Source: Pocillopora damicornis (Eukaryota). Taken from it: DNA of 64,000 bases. The notes under the pieces are model-generated. The model was not told where the DNA came from, ran no database searches, and saw only the letters and a program-made list of their open reading frames with translations. Below, one piece after another: positions 12,753 to 24,057 of the stretch. The stretch lies in assembly GCF_003704095.1 (NCBI RefSeq), contig NW_020843442.1, positions 124,001-188,000 on the forward strand. The letters are read 5' to 3'. How positions within the stretch are numbered: the first letter of the stretch is position 1; every line of letters starts with the position of its first letter. Both the position numbers and the translations under genes were made by a program.

Positions 12753-13785
12753 GGGGGGGGTTGATGTAAGCCCACCTGGAATAAGCCGTGCGACTCCGCA
12801 CCCGCAATTCATATTTATCATTTAAACATTTTTCGAGGACGAGAATTCTAGGTGTGGAATAGGAGAGAAATGGGAAAATAAGTCGTGTTAGTCCATGAAT
12901 TACGAATTTCCATCGCTGACATGAAGAAATAAGGGATAAGGTTTCATCCTGTTCAAGTTTTCTAGTAAGCGGTCTGCTTACGATGTAATCGCACCCTATT
13001 CAGGTTCAAGCATCATTTCGAAATTTTAAAGACTTAGACGTCATAGGATAAATGCTTGGTGACTGAATTTGGTGGGACCGGAGGGAAAATATTTGGCTCT
13101 CACTTCTGACGCACGAACAACCATGCCGCGTCCTCGAGCTAAATATTCCTTGTTGGGCCCTTCCTCTTCTAGATACTTCACTAAGAATAACATGAGATTT
13201 ACCACTGTCATTTTTATGTTCTTTCGTTTCAAAGAAGCACCACAATCAATTTCGAATTATTTCGTCTCAGCACGAATTACCCTGACGAGTTCGTATCTTT
13301 TTTTTTAATAATGGTATTATGTATGTTCGGACGGTGTAGCTACAAGAGAAGTACTCGTGCAAATAAAATTCACAAAAACAGTCATAACTTAGATGTAAAC
13401 AGTATCAGGTCAGCGGATGAGTTTTTAGAACAGCTCCTCATCATGGCTAAATCAATTTGGTTGTAAAATTGAAATAATAAACATAAAAAAACTTTATGTT
13501 CGGTTAGTCGCTGAGATTAAATTCTCATATAAAACCCTATGTCACCATCTACACCGAGTCTATCGTGCGAGTATCAAACTGCTTTTTGCTAGCGTAGCGC
13601 GAGTTAAAATTTTGGTTAGCTAAAACGGAAACGGTAAATACCTTTTTAAAACACGTTTATTTTAAATACAACCGTTTGTGGCTGCAAACTTAAAGAATCA
13701 CATAACACTGATGATCTACAACGAGGAAACTTACCGTATTCTTCATGTTTGATTCCTTTCAATCTACTGCGGAAGTCGCAATTCA
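12753..13785 (-). repeat. Inverted copy of the kinase-2 upstream block
   Basis: Reverse complement matches ~10325-11330 and, more closely, ~27660-28680. Confidence 0.9.
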
Positions 13786-13809
13786 GACAGACAGGGATGA
13801 GGTAAGTAA

Positions 13810-14797
13810 GTAAGACAGAGATGAACAACCGTGGGTTGCAGTTTCAGCGTAAAGACAATTCAGGTTGGTAAGTCATTAGATGCCATAAATTCATTTTTCG
13901 GGTAGCTTGATTTGTAGGTTTTCAAGACAGAATCCTTAAATTTGTGCCAAAGTCTGGCAAGGTATCTTGTGAACAAAGTCGATTCCTTCTTTTTAGATTA
14001 TTCATTGCCACCTAACAAGCGCTTTAGAGTAGTTTATCATGATTTTACTTTTATACAATTTAGATTTTTTCGCACGGGTTCATCAGTTATATGGGACATA
14101 ATGTTATATCCTGTTCTTTTTCTAAACGAAAGAAAGATTCTGTGACTTGGCAGTTTATTTTCAAATCAATATTTTTTTTAGTTGCGTTGTGCGTTTCCAG
14201 GATATGACTCTGTCTTTAAAATATTACATTTCTTAATGATCTTTATCTTAATGTTCGTAGAAATTGGTTTTAATGAGAGCAAATGGAACGGAATTGATAT
14301 CTAGGAATAGAATTTTCATCAAAGTTTGGGTTGCACCTGGATTGAAACACTTAACATTCTCCGCCAACATATTAATGTTCTCTATTTAATATTTACATTC
14401 AGGCGGCACAAATAATTAATTTATGATCGAAGCTTGGCACTTTTCTTTCTCTTTTGTTCATTTTAGTAACTTTTTTTGTTTTAAGCTTTTTCACACACAC
14501 ACACACTTACAAAAATCACTTTGAATTAAAGATCAAAGCGGTGTCTTAGTTGTACAATTTTTTTTGTGAGCACGTCAAACTTCAATTAAACTTCGTTTCC
14601 TAACAATTACTGCATCAGAATTTTGTGATCGGTTATAAAATCAACGGAACCCCATGAAAGTCATTGCTCTTTACCTGCGAGTTGAAGTTGTGATTCCTGA
14701 ACGATACTTACTTCAGTTTTGACAATTATGAAAGAACAACGTTCTCGTAGTTTTTAATTTACGTTTCCTTATCGGGCATATACTACATATCATATTT
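13810..14797 (+). repeat. Copy of the GPCR upstream block
   Basis: Matches the reverse complement of ~32545-33540; further pieces at 17874-18164, 18793-18903, 19576-20742 and 21611-24057. Confidence 0.85.
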
Positions 14798-15139
14798 AAT
14801 ATATTAAAGTTCACACGGCAACCAGGTGGACAATCAGACATAGTTTGNNNNNNNNNNNNNNNNNNNNNNNNNNNNNNNNNNNNNNNNNNNNNNNNNNNNN
14901 NNNNNNNNNNNNNNNNNNNNNNNNNNNNNNNNNNNNNNNNNNNNNNNCTCCCCCCTCTTCCCCAGGCCTCAAAAACGTCCTTGCTTTCAAGAGGGTCTTT
15001 CATAAGATTGCGTGAACGGAACCTTAATTTTGATAACGGTTGGTGGATGTTTAAGATTTCACAAATTCAGTGAGTTCAGATAAGTGTTACATGCTCTTAC
15101 AAAAACTTTATCTTTAAGAGCATAAAAGAACTTGAACAA

Positions 15140-17664
15140 ATGGGAGAAGTCATCCCAGAATTCAGCTTACAGGACTCTTCAGTTATCGAGAGAACTTTCC
15201 AAGTTGTTGGAAACGAGGATGACGAAAACACGGTATCTAATGAAGAAATTCCAGCATGTGACACTTTTAAGGCCAAGGCCAGACCAAAGAAAGAGAAAAA
15301 GCGAGACAATTTGAAAACGGAGAGCAAAGCTGATCAAGAACTTTCCGAAACATACCTTGAAAAGCAAATTCCCCGTAAAAAGAGGGCCATGAAGTCAAAG
15401 ATTAAACATTTGTTGATAGAGCTACATGGAAAAGATGAAATTCTTTCAAAAGAAAAGGAAATTCTTGACCGTTTGACTGTTGAACTAGAACGTCACTTGG
15501 AACGCATTGAGGAAAAGGAGCAGGCCATTGAAGGCAAGGAATTTGTTATCCAGTCTTTTCAAGAGAAAATGCTAACATTTATTCAACGAATAGACGAAAA
15601 AGAGTCAGAGCTAAGAGAAAAAGAACGATTATTAAATGAAGCGAATGATCGAGTTGAGCTGTTACAGAAACAGCAAGCCGAACAAGAGGAGATTGTGAAA
15701 GAAGTGCAGGGCACAATGGAAAATTTGGATAAACAAACGAAAAACGGCCATCATTCCAGAGAAGCGTTCAATGCTGACTTAGATGTTAAAGTTGAGTTTG
15801 AGTCCCTCAAGAGAGAAAATGAACGCTATAAGCTACAACTGCAGGAAAATCTTAGCACTCTAAGAGAGAGAGAACGCGAGATAAACTCTTTAAAACGTGA
15901 AAAGGAAACTATTCAAGAAGAGAAAAGAGATTGCGATAAGATCAGTCTTGAACGAAAGTTTTCAGTCGATCGATTAAACAGAGAGAAGGAAAGAGGCATG
16001 GCATATCTCGACCAGTTAGAGATAAGACTAAAAGAGAAGGACCAGGCAATGCAGCAAGCTCGAGATGAGAGTATTGAACTCCGAGATCAACTTAAACGCA
16101 AAGATAATTTGCTTTTGGAGAAGGACAGGACTTTGGAAACGTTAGAAAACTCGAGAAAAGGGACGTCTGACTGATTGGATAGACTCGAGAAGCAATGGCA
16201 GGACGAGCGCAGAACACAACGAAATGCGTATGATGCGTTACGTGACGAGAAACGTGCGTGTGAAGAACGTTTGCAGCGCGCTCAAGCGGATGTTGAAACA
16301 TATCAAAGACGTAACCGTGTCTTAGAACGTGAAATTGATAGAGCGCGTCAAACTACTGACATATTCCGTGGAGATCAACCATGGATCATCCCAAGAGAAG
16401 AAATCAAACTCTCCGATAAGGTTCTTGGTACTGGCGCGTGGGGAAGAGTCCTTGAAGGGAATTTTCGAGGAACAAAAGTGGCAGTGAAAGAAATCCACGA
16501 AATAATTCAATCAGCTCATAACAGACTCCTCTTTGATCGCGAAATCACGTTTGCCACTCTAGTGAGACATCCATGTATTTTACAGTTCTTAGCTGTGGCT
16601 GATTACCGTACCAGCAAACCCCTCTTAGTGGCGGAACTCATGGACATGTCTTTGTCTCAACTTGTTAAAGATGAGAAAACCTTAGGCAACAGATACATCA
16701 GGATACTGGCGCTTGATGTCGCTTATGGTCTGAACTACCTTCACTGCTTCCGACCCAATCCCATACTGCATCGTGACGTAAACAGCGGGAATGTCATGGT
16801 TTGGCGCCAAGGTGACAAGTGGCGCGGGAAACTCTGCGATTTTGGGTCAGCGGAGTTCATGGGAAGCAAGATGTCAGAGAATCCGGGAAATCCGTTTTAC
16901 TGTGCTCCTGAAGCAAACAGTTCTAGACACTGCCCCAAGGTAAAAAAAAAAAAAAAAGTGATAATAATTATGGACAATTTACCCGTCTAGTCTCTCCATT
17001 ATCCAGGTTTTATCATATAAAAATATCATAGAGAAGTGCGTTCATAAACATCAGTGTCTAGGATTTCTTATTCCGAGTTTTTCGGTTTGAGGTTATTAGA
17101 CCGACAATAACAGTCACTTTTTATACGGACTGAGTCAAAGAGTAGCTTAGTGAAACCCACGTAGCAAAGATCGTCAAACCTGTCGACTAATTATTTGGCT
17201 TGACAATTTTTTCCCAACCCTGAAATCTTTTTCTTGCAATTAATAATTTGTTTTGGATAAAACTGCAAAGAAAAAAAAACAGACAAAATCAGATCGGATC
17301 AGTTTCAGTATCTGAGCACCTGCGCGCCTACTCCTCCCCAAACTCAACATTAACCCTAGCTTGTTATCTTATCAAATGTTTTATTGGGTTAGGGGAGGGG
17401 TAGGCGGGCAGTTGCTCAGATACTGACATTGATCTACAACTCTTCATGTTTGCTTCCCAACAGATGGATGTGTACAGCTTTGGTGTTCTCCTCTGTGAAC
17501 TCTGCATCAACCAAACACCTAATCCTGCTGAAAGAGAGCGACAAATTGCACTGATGTGGAACAAGGACCTGAGAGAGTTGGCTGAGCAGTGCATCACACC
17601 AGATCCGCTTACACGATGTACCATGACTGACGTCATCAATGTGTTAGAGCCCATGACCGCGTGA
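15140..17664 (+). pseudogene. Kinase 2 copy B: coiled-coil + TKL-like kinase (666 codons) with a premature TGA at codon 345
   Basis: Exons 15140-16939 and 17464-17664, with the intron at the same PK|xDVYS position as kinase 1. Motifs GTGAWG, VAVK, HRDVNSGN, DFG, YCAPE, DVYSFG are intact. TGA at 16172-16174 where copies A and C have CGA. Confidence 0.8.
17295..17435. mobile_element. ~140 bp palindromic MITE in the kinase 2 intron
   Basis: Arms ggatcagtttcagtatctgagca / tgctcagatactgacattgatc, inner cctcccc..aacc / gggttaggggagggg; second copy at 39354-39482. Confidence 0.7.
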
Positions 17665-20600
17665 GACATTAGAACTAGGTTTTTAAGTCTGAGATCATCT
17701 TACATGTTTCACACGTGATTGAAGCTTCCGTGAATTTTATTAAATGCTTGTTCGAGCAACTATACCTTGTAAANNNNNNNNNNNNNNNNNNNNNNNNNNN
17801 NNNNNNNNNNNNNNNNNNNNNNNNNNNNNNNNNNNNNNNNNNNNNNNNNNNNNNNNNNNNNNNNNNNNNNNNNTTACTGCCTCAGAATTTTGTACGTGAT
17901 CGGTTGTAAAATCCACAGCACCCCATGAAAGTCATTGCTCTTTACCTGCGAGTTGACGTTTAAATTAAGACTGGTGCCTTAGTCTCTCGCGTTTTTATCG
18001 GATGAGTGCCCTGGCTCCAACAACTTCTTTATTTTGCTCGAGGGTTCACTGTGTCACTTACAGGTTTGAGGTTTCNNNNNNNNNNAAGTATAGCCAATCA
18101 GATGTAACAGGACCTGTTCAGAGCACTTAAAATTTATTTCAAGTACACTTCAACTGTCCAGTGTNNNNNNNNNNNNNNNNNNNNNNNNNNNNNNNNNNNN
18201 NNNNNNNNNNNNNNNNNNNNNNNNNNNNNNNNNNNNNNNNNNNNNNNNNNNNNNNNNNNNNNNNNNNNNNNNNNNNNNNNNNNNNNNNNNNNNNNNNNNN
18301 NNNNNNNNNNNNNNNNNNNNNNNNNNNNNNNNNNNNNNNNNNNNNNNNNNNNNNNNNNNNNNNNNNNNNNNNNNNNNNNNNNNNNNNNNNNNNNNNNNNN
18401 NNNNNNNNNNNNNNNNNNNNNNNNNNNNNNNNNNNNNNNNNNNNNNNNNNNNNNNNNNNNNNNNNNNNNNNNNNNNNNNNNNNNNNNNNNNNNNNNNNNN
18501 NNNNNNNNNNNNNNNNNNNNNNNNNNNNNNNNNNNNNNNNNNNNNNNNNNNNNNNNNNNNNNNNNNNNNNNNNNNNNNNNNNNNNNNNNNNNNNNNNNNN
18601 NNNNNNNNNNNNNNNNNNNNNNNNNNNNNNNNNNNNNNNNNNNNNNNNNNNNNNNNNNNNNNNNNNNNNNNNNNNNNNNNNNNNNNNNNNNNNNNNNNNN
18701 NNNNNNNNNNNNNNNNNNNNNNNNNNNNNNNNNNNNNNNNNNNNNNNNNNNNNNNNNNNNNNNNNNNNNNNNNNNNNNNNNNNNNNNNNNNNTTTATCAG
18801 GATTTTACTTTTATACAATTTAGACTTTTTCGCACGGGTTCATCAGTTTTATGGGACATGATGTTATATTCTGTTTTTTTTCTAAACGAAAGAAAGATTC
18901 TGTNNNNNNNNNNNNNNNNNNNNNNNNNNNNNNNNNNNNNNNNNNNNNNNNNNNNNNNNNNNNNNNNNNNNNNNNNNNNNNNNNNNNNNNNNNNNNNNNN
19001 NNNNNNNNNNNNNNNNNNNNNNNNNNNNNNNNNNNNNNNNNNNNNNNNNNNNNNNNNNNNNNNNNNNNNNNNNNNNNNNNNNNNNNNNNNNNNNNNNNNN
19101 NNNNNNNNNNNNNNNNNNNNNNNNNNNNNNNNNNNNNNNNNNNNNNNNNNNNNNNNNNNNNNNNNNNNNNNNNNNNNNNNNNNNNNNNNNNNNNNNNNNN
19201 NNNNNNNNNNNNNNNNNNNNNNNNNNNNNNNNNNNNNNNNNNNNNNNNNNNNNNNNNNNNNNNNNNNNNNNNNNNNNNNNNNNNNNNNNNNNNNNNNNNN
19301 NNNNNNNNNNNNNNNNNNNNNNNNNNNNNNNNNNNNNNNNNNNNNNNNNNNNNNNNNNNNNNNNNNNNNNNNNNNNNNNNNNNNNNNNNNNNNNNNNNNN
19401 NNNNNNNNNNNNNNNNNNNNNNNNNNNNNNNNNNNNNNNNNNNNNNNNNNNNNNNNNNNNNNNNNNNNNNNNNNNNNNNNNNNNNNNNNNNNNNNNNNNN
19501 NNNNNNNNNNNNNNNNNNNNNNNNNNNNNNNNNNNNNNNNNNNNNNNNNNNNNNNNNNNNNNNNNNNNNNNNNNNTTTTTTTGTTTTAAGCTTTTTCACA
19601 CACACGAACACACGCACACACTTACAAAATCACTTTGAATTAAATATCAAAGCGATGTCTTAGTTGTACATTTTTTTTTTGGTGAGCACTTCAAACTTCA
19701 ATTAAACTTCGTTTCCTANNNNNNNNNNCCTCAGAATTTTGTACGTGATCGGTTGTAAAATCCACAGCACCCCATGTAAGTCATTGCTCTTTACCTGCGA
19801 GTTGACGTTGTGATTCCTGAACGATACTTACTTCAGTTTTGACAATTATGAAAGNNNNNNNNNNTCGTAGTTTTTAATTTACGTTTCCTTATCGGGCATA
19901 TACTACATATCTTATTTGTTTGAATTTTCTTATTGACTGAAATCATCGGCAAATGGAAAATGTTTCTTCAATACGGCCAAGTGTAGCTTAGNNNNNNNNN
20001 NTGAAGGTTTGAGTGTTGGACGTCTTAACTCACTGAAACTTGCTCTAAGTATCGAGCTTAGAGTGCACACAACGTGCTAAAATAATTGCAGTTACTGAAT
20101 GCGCTGTAGCAGGCCTCTATCTGCGGTGACGATTTTTAAAGCAAACGCACGTGTTGCTGGGAAACGTAAGATCAAGTTCGTGATCGAATCCTTATTCTTT
20201 ATTCATTGAGGAAAGTTTCGTTGATAAATTAAGGTGTTGTTGCCTATTGACAGTTTATCCAACAATTTATGTAAAGTAAATTTTGATTGTTTTGATCATG
20301 CTGTTTCATACTATTGTTTTCTGAACGTAAGTCACAAAAGACCACGTCTGTATTCAGTTCGTCTTTTGAATTTATCTAAATCGGATATTCAAGTTATAAA
20401 ATTGCGATTAAAATCAAGATCTGAGTCATATACTATACAGAGGACTCAAATCTATTATTGGTGGTCGTCCGAACTTTTCTGTTCCCGAAGGAGACAGGGA
20501 AAATAAATTGTAGGAACAAACATATACAGTAACAAGGAATTTATTAAGATGTGTATATCATGAATTTCTGATTGAAAAAACCAGTTTTCGTCAGGAAATT

Positions 20601-20742
20601 ATATGAAAGGGGGTTAATAAGATTTTAGGTTTCTGAGTAAACCCTATTCATGGTGGCGCACAAAAAAATATTGGTAACTTTTTTTTTTCAGTTTCCAGAC
20701 ACAGTAACCTCTGTAGCTCAATNNNNNNNNNNACCTTCCGTC

Positions 20743-21459
20743 ATGTCATCTGATGTTGCTTTTACAACCGCACTGGCCATACTCATTATTGTGGACATCA
20801 GTNNNNNNNNNNTGGTCTGTTGGGTCGTCAAGAGAAACCGAGATATGAGGCATGTTGTATCTGTTAAAGAATACTCAGCCGTGTGTACCTCAGTTATAGG
20901 CTTAATTTCGTCTCCAAGGTCCTCATAGTAATGGCATGCAGGAAGATAGAGGGCTTGGGAACGAGGTCACGTAATGCTCAATTGCGTTTCCAGCTCGATA
21001 TAAGCGTAAAGGCATGCGCAGCGAGAAGTTATCATAAATTCCTTTCACATGGGAAATCATGAGGCAGAAATGAGCCCAGAAATGAGGATCCTTATGCTTT
21101 TGACGAATAAAGAACTCTACTTTTCGCAGTTAATATGCTCTTTTATTCTCCTGAATTTACCGCCTATTCGTGTGAAAGCAAATCCTCATTTTCCTTTTCT
21201 TATTGCATCTTACTTCTTTGAAGCTTTGCTGTTGTTGTTTGAATAATATTGTTTGAATATCATATTCATTCTATAGGACTCCGTTTAATTGGCTGCTTGT
21301 CAACCTAGCTATAGCAGACATCACGTTCGCGGTTTTCCAAGTTCCGAATCGCATTTTAACGTTCACCCACCCCGATGGGACCATTGGCTCAACTTTATGC
21401 AAAGCGCTCACCGCTGGTAATGTGGCCTGGGTCGGGGCGGCGGCTGGAACCATTACTCT
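20743..21459 (+). CDS. Class A GPCR copy 1, partial (TM1 to TM3, then gap)
   Basis: Exon 20743-20849 (GC donor) and exon 21277-21459+; MSSDVAFTTALAIL..., RTPFNWLLVNLAIAD. Confidence 0.7.
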
Positions 21460-22227
21460 NNNNNNNNNNNNNNNNNNNNNNNNNNNNNNNNNNNNNNNNN
21501 NNNNNNNNNNNNNNNNNNNNNNNNNNNNNNNNNNNNNNNNNNNNNNNNNNNNNNNNNNNTCGGTTACATTCATTAAATCTGCAAACCAGTGTAGCTTCAA
21601 ACTATGTCTGACATATCATATTTGTTTGAATTTTCTTATTGACTGGAATCCTCGGCAAATGGAAAATGTTTCTTCAATACGGCCAAGTGTAGCTTAGGCG
21701 GAAATCATGAAGGTTTGAGTGTTGGACGTCTTAACTCACTGAAACTTGCTCTAGGTATCGAGCTTAGAGTGTAAACAACGTGCTGAAATAATTGCAGTCA
21801 CTGAATACGCTGTAGGAGGCCTCTATCTGCGGTGACGATTTTTAAAGCAAACGCAAGTGTTGCTGGGAAAGGTAAGATCAAGTTCGTGATCGAATCCTTA
21901 TACTTTATTCATTGAGGAAAGTTTCGTTGATAAATTAGGAGTGCCCATTGACAGTTTATCCAACAATTTACATAAAGTATGATTGACATTTGATTAGAAA
22001 AATGATTATGACATATTCTATTTTTCTACCGGAAATTCTCAGAAGTTGCAATGTACCAACCTGAACTTAGAAAAAAGTACATTTGATTGTTTTGATCATG
22101 CTTCTTCATACTATTGTTTTCTGAACTTAAATCAGAAAAGACCACTTCTGTATTCAGTTCGTCTTTTGAATTTCTCTAAATCGAATATTCAAGTTATAAA
22201 ATTGCGATCTGAGTCATATACTATACA

Positions 22228-23750
22228 TGGTAACCGGTCAAGTCGCCCGAGAGTCATCTCGCCTGAAGTCATGTCGCCCGAAATTTTAATAATGTCGCCC
22301 GAAGTAACAAATACTAAAAAGATCAGAATTTCAGACTGTAAATAGGCAATAACATTGAGAAATTTTTTATCACTAAAGCGCTCTTTGTTTCCGACAACAC
22401 CATGAAGAGTCTTAAAGTGCTGTTCGTTCCTAACAACAAAGGGAAACGTTGTTTGTTTCCAACAACAAAATGAAGCGTTGTTCGTTTGGTAGGTACTCGT
22501 TTCTTACTCACGGACATTTCGTAAGCTTGGGAAACTCTTTCTTGTTTCTTAAAATGCCATGAAGACTTTGACCACGCAGAAATCGATTGTATGGTAAAAT
22601 TGAAATATGTTTGAGTAACGACTCTAAAAGCGTTGTTCGTTTCTAACAACAGAGGGAAGTGTTGTTCGTTTCTATAACAACAAATGCATGGATGCAGTGT
22701 AACATACAAGTAAAGTTCTGTTATGTCTATTTGTGACTTTCTTAACTGTAACAGATGAAAACACCTGGTAAACGAATGCGATCGTCACGTTCGATAAGCC
22801 GGTAAAAGATAAAGCGAGTAACATACAAATAAAATTAACTTGTTGCCTTGCGTAAGGTAAGTGTGATATTTTTAAGATAACAGCCTATTGTTTATGCTTG
22901 TGACTTTTTTCATAGTAGTAGTCTGATAGCATCTTTTCCCTTAGGAATAGGCAAAAATTATGTAGTTGTGCTCTGTTTCCTCTGGCGGTCGCATGTATAT
23001 TTTGATCAGATCAAAGTATGTATGAAAAGGGTAAATCTAGCTACAAAACGAATACAAACTGATCAAAATGAGCATTCATCCTTGCATTGAGTGTGATGAT
23101 GAAGTTAGACCACGTCAACAAGCCCTACAGCGCAATGATTACGTATATACGGTCGATCATATGGCCTTTCTGACCATATGATCGATTTCTGTGTAGTCAA
23201 AGTCTTCATGGCTTTGTTAGAAACCAAGAAAAAGTTTCTCAAGCTTACGAAATGTCCGTGAGTAAGAAACGAGTACGTACCAAACGAACAACGCTTCATT
23301 TTTTTTGTTTGAAACGGAGAACGCTTCCCTTTTGTTGTTAGAAACGAACCACGCTTTTAGAATCGTTACTCAAACATATTTAAATTTCGATCATACGATC
23401 GATTTCTGCGTAGTCAAAGTCTTCATGGTATTGTAAGAAACCAACAAAGAGTTTCTTAAGCTTACGAAACGTCCGTGAGTAAGAAACGATTAAACGAACA
23501 ACGCTGCATTTTGTTGTTGGGAATGAACAACGTTTCCCTTTGTTGTTAGGAACGAACAACGCTTTAAGAATGTCTTGGTGTTGTCGGAAACAAAGCGCGC
23601 ATTATTGATAAAAATTTCTCAACGTTATTGCCTATTAACAGTCTGAAATTCTGATCTTTTTAGTATTTGTTCCTTCGGGCGACTTGACTTTTTTTTTCAG
23701 GCGACATGACTTCGGGCGAGATGACTCTCGGGCGACTTGACTGTAAACCA
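22228..23750. mobile_element. Non-autonomous foldback DNA transposon, 1523 bp, with long modular TIRs
   Basis: Termini TGGT..gtcaagtcgcccgagagtcatctcgcc on both strands; inverted arms ~22228-22680 and ~23170-23750; TSD CTATACA at 22221-22227 and 23751-23757; empty site gagtcatatactatacagaggactc at ~20423-20447. Confidence 0.9.
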
Positions 23751-24057
23751 CTATACAGAGGACTCGAATCTATTATTGGTGGTCGTCTGAACTTTCCTGT
23801 TCCCGACGGAGACAGGAAAAATAAATTGTAGGGACGGACATACAGTAACAAGGAGTTTATGAAGATTTGTATACTATGAATTTCTAATTGCACAAACCAG
23901 TCTTTATCAGGAAATTAAATGAAAGGGGGTTCATAAGATTTTAGGTTTCTGAGTAAACCCTATTCATGGTGGCGCACAAAAAAGTATTGGTAACTTTTTT
24001 TTTCAGTTTTTAGACGCAGTAACCTCTGTAGCTCAATAGTATTGCCAACCTTCCGTC

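Noticed and set aside
16172-16174. Selenocysteine recoding of the in-frame TGA
   Set aside because: The paralogous codon is Arg, not Cys, and no SECIS was recognised.
18150-19663. Long ORFs made of X
   Set aside because: They are assembly gaps.
22228-23750. Repeat modules as a CRISPR-like array
   Set aside because: Eukaryotic context, inverted arms with a TSD, no unique spacers or cas genes.
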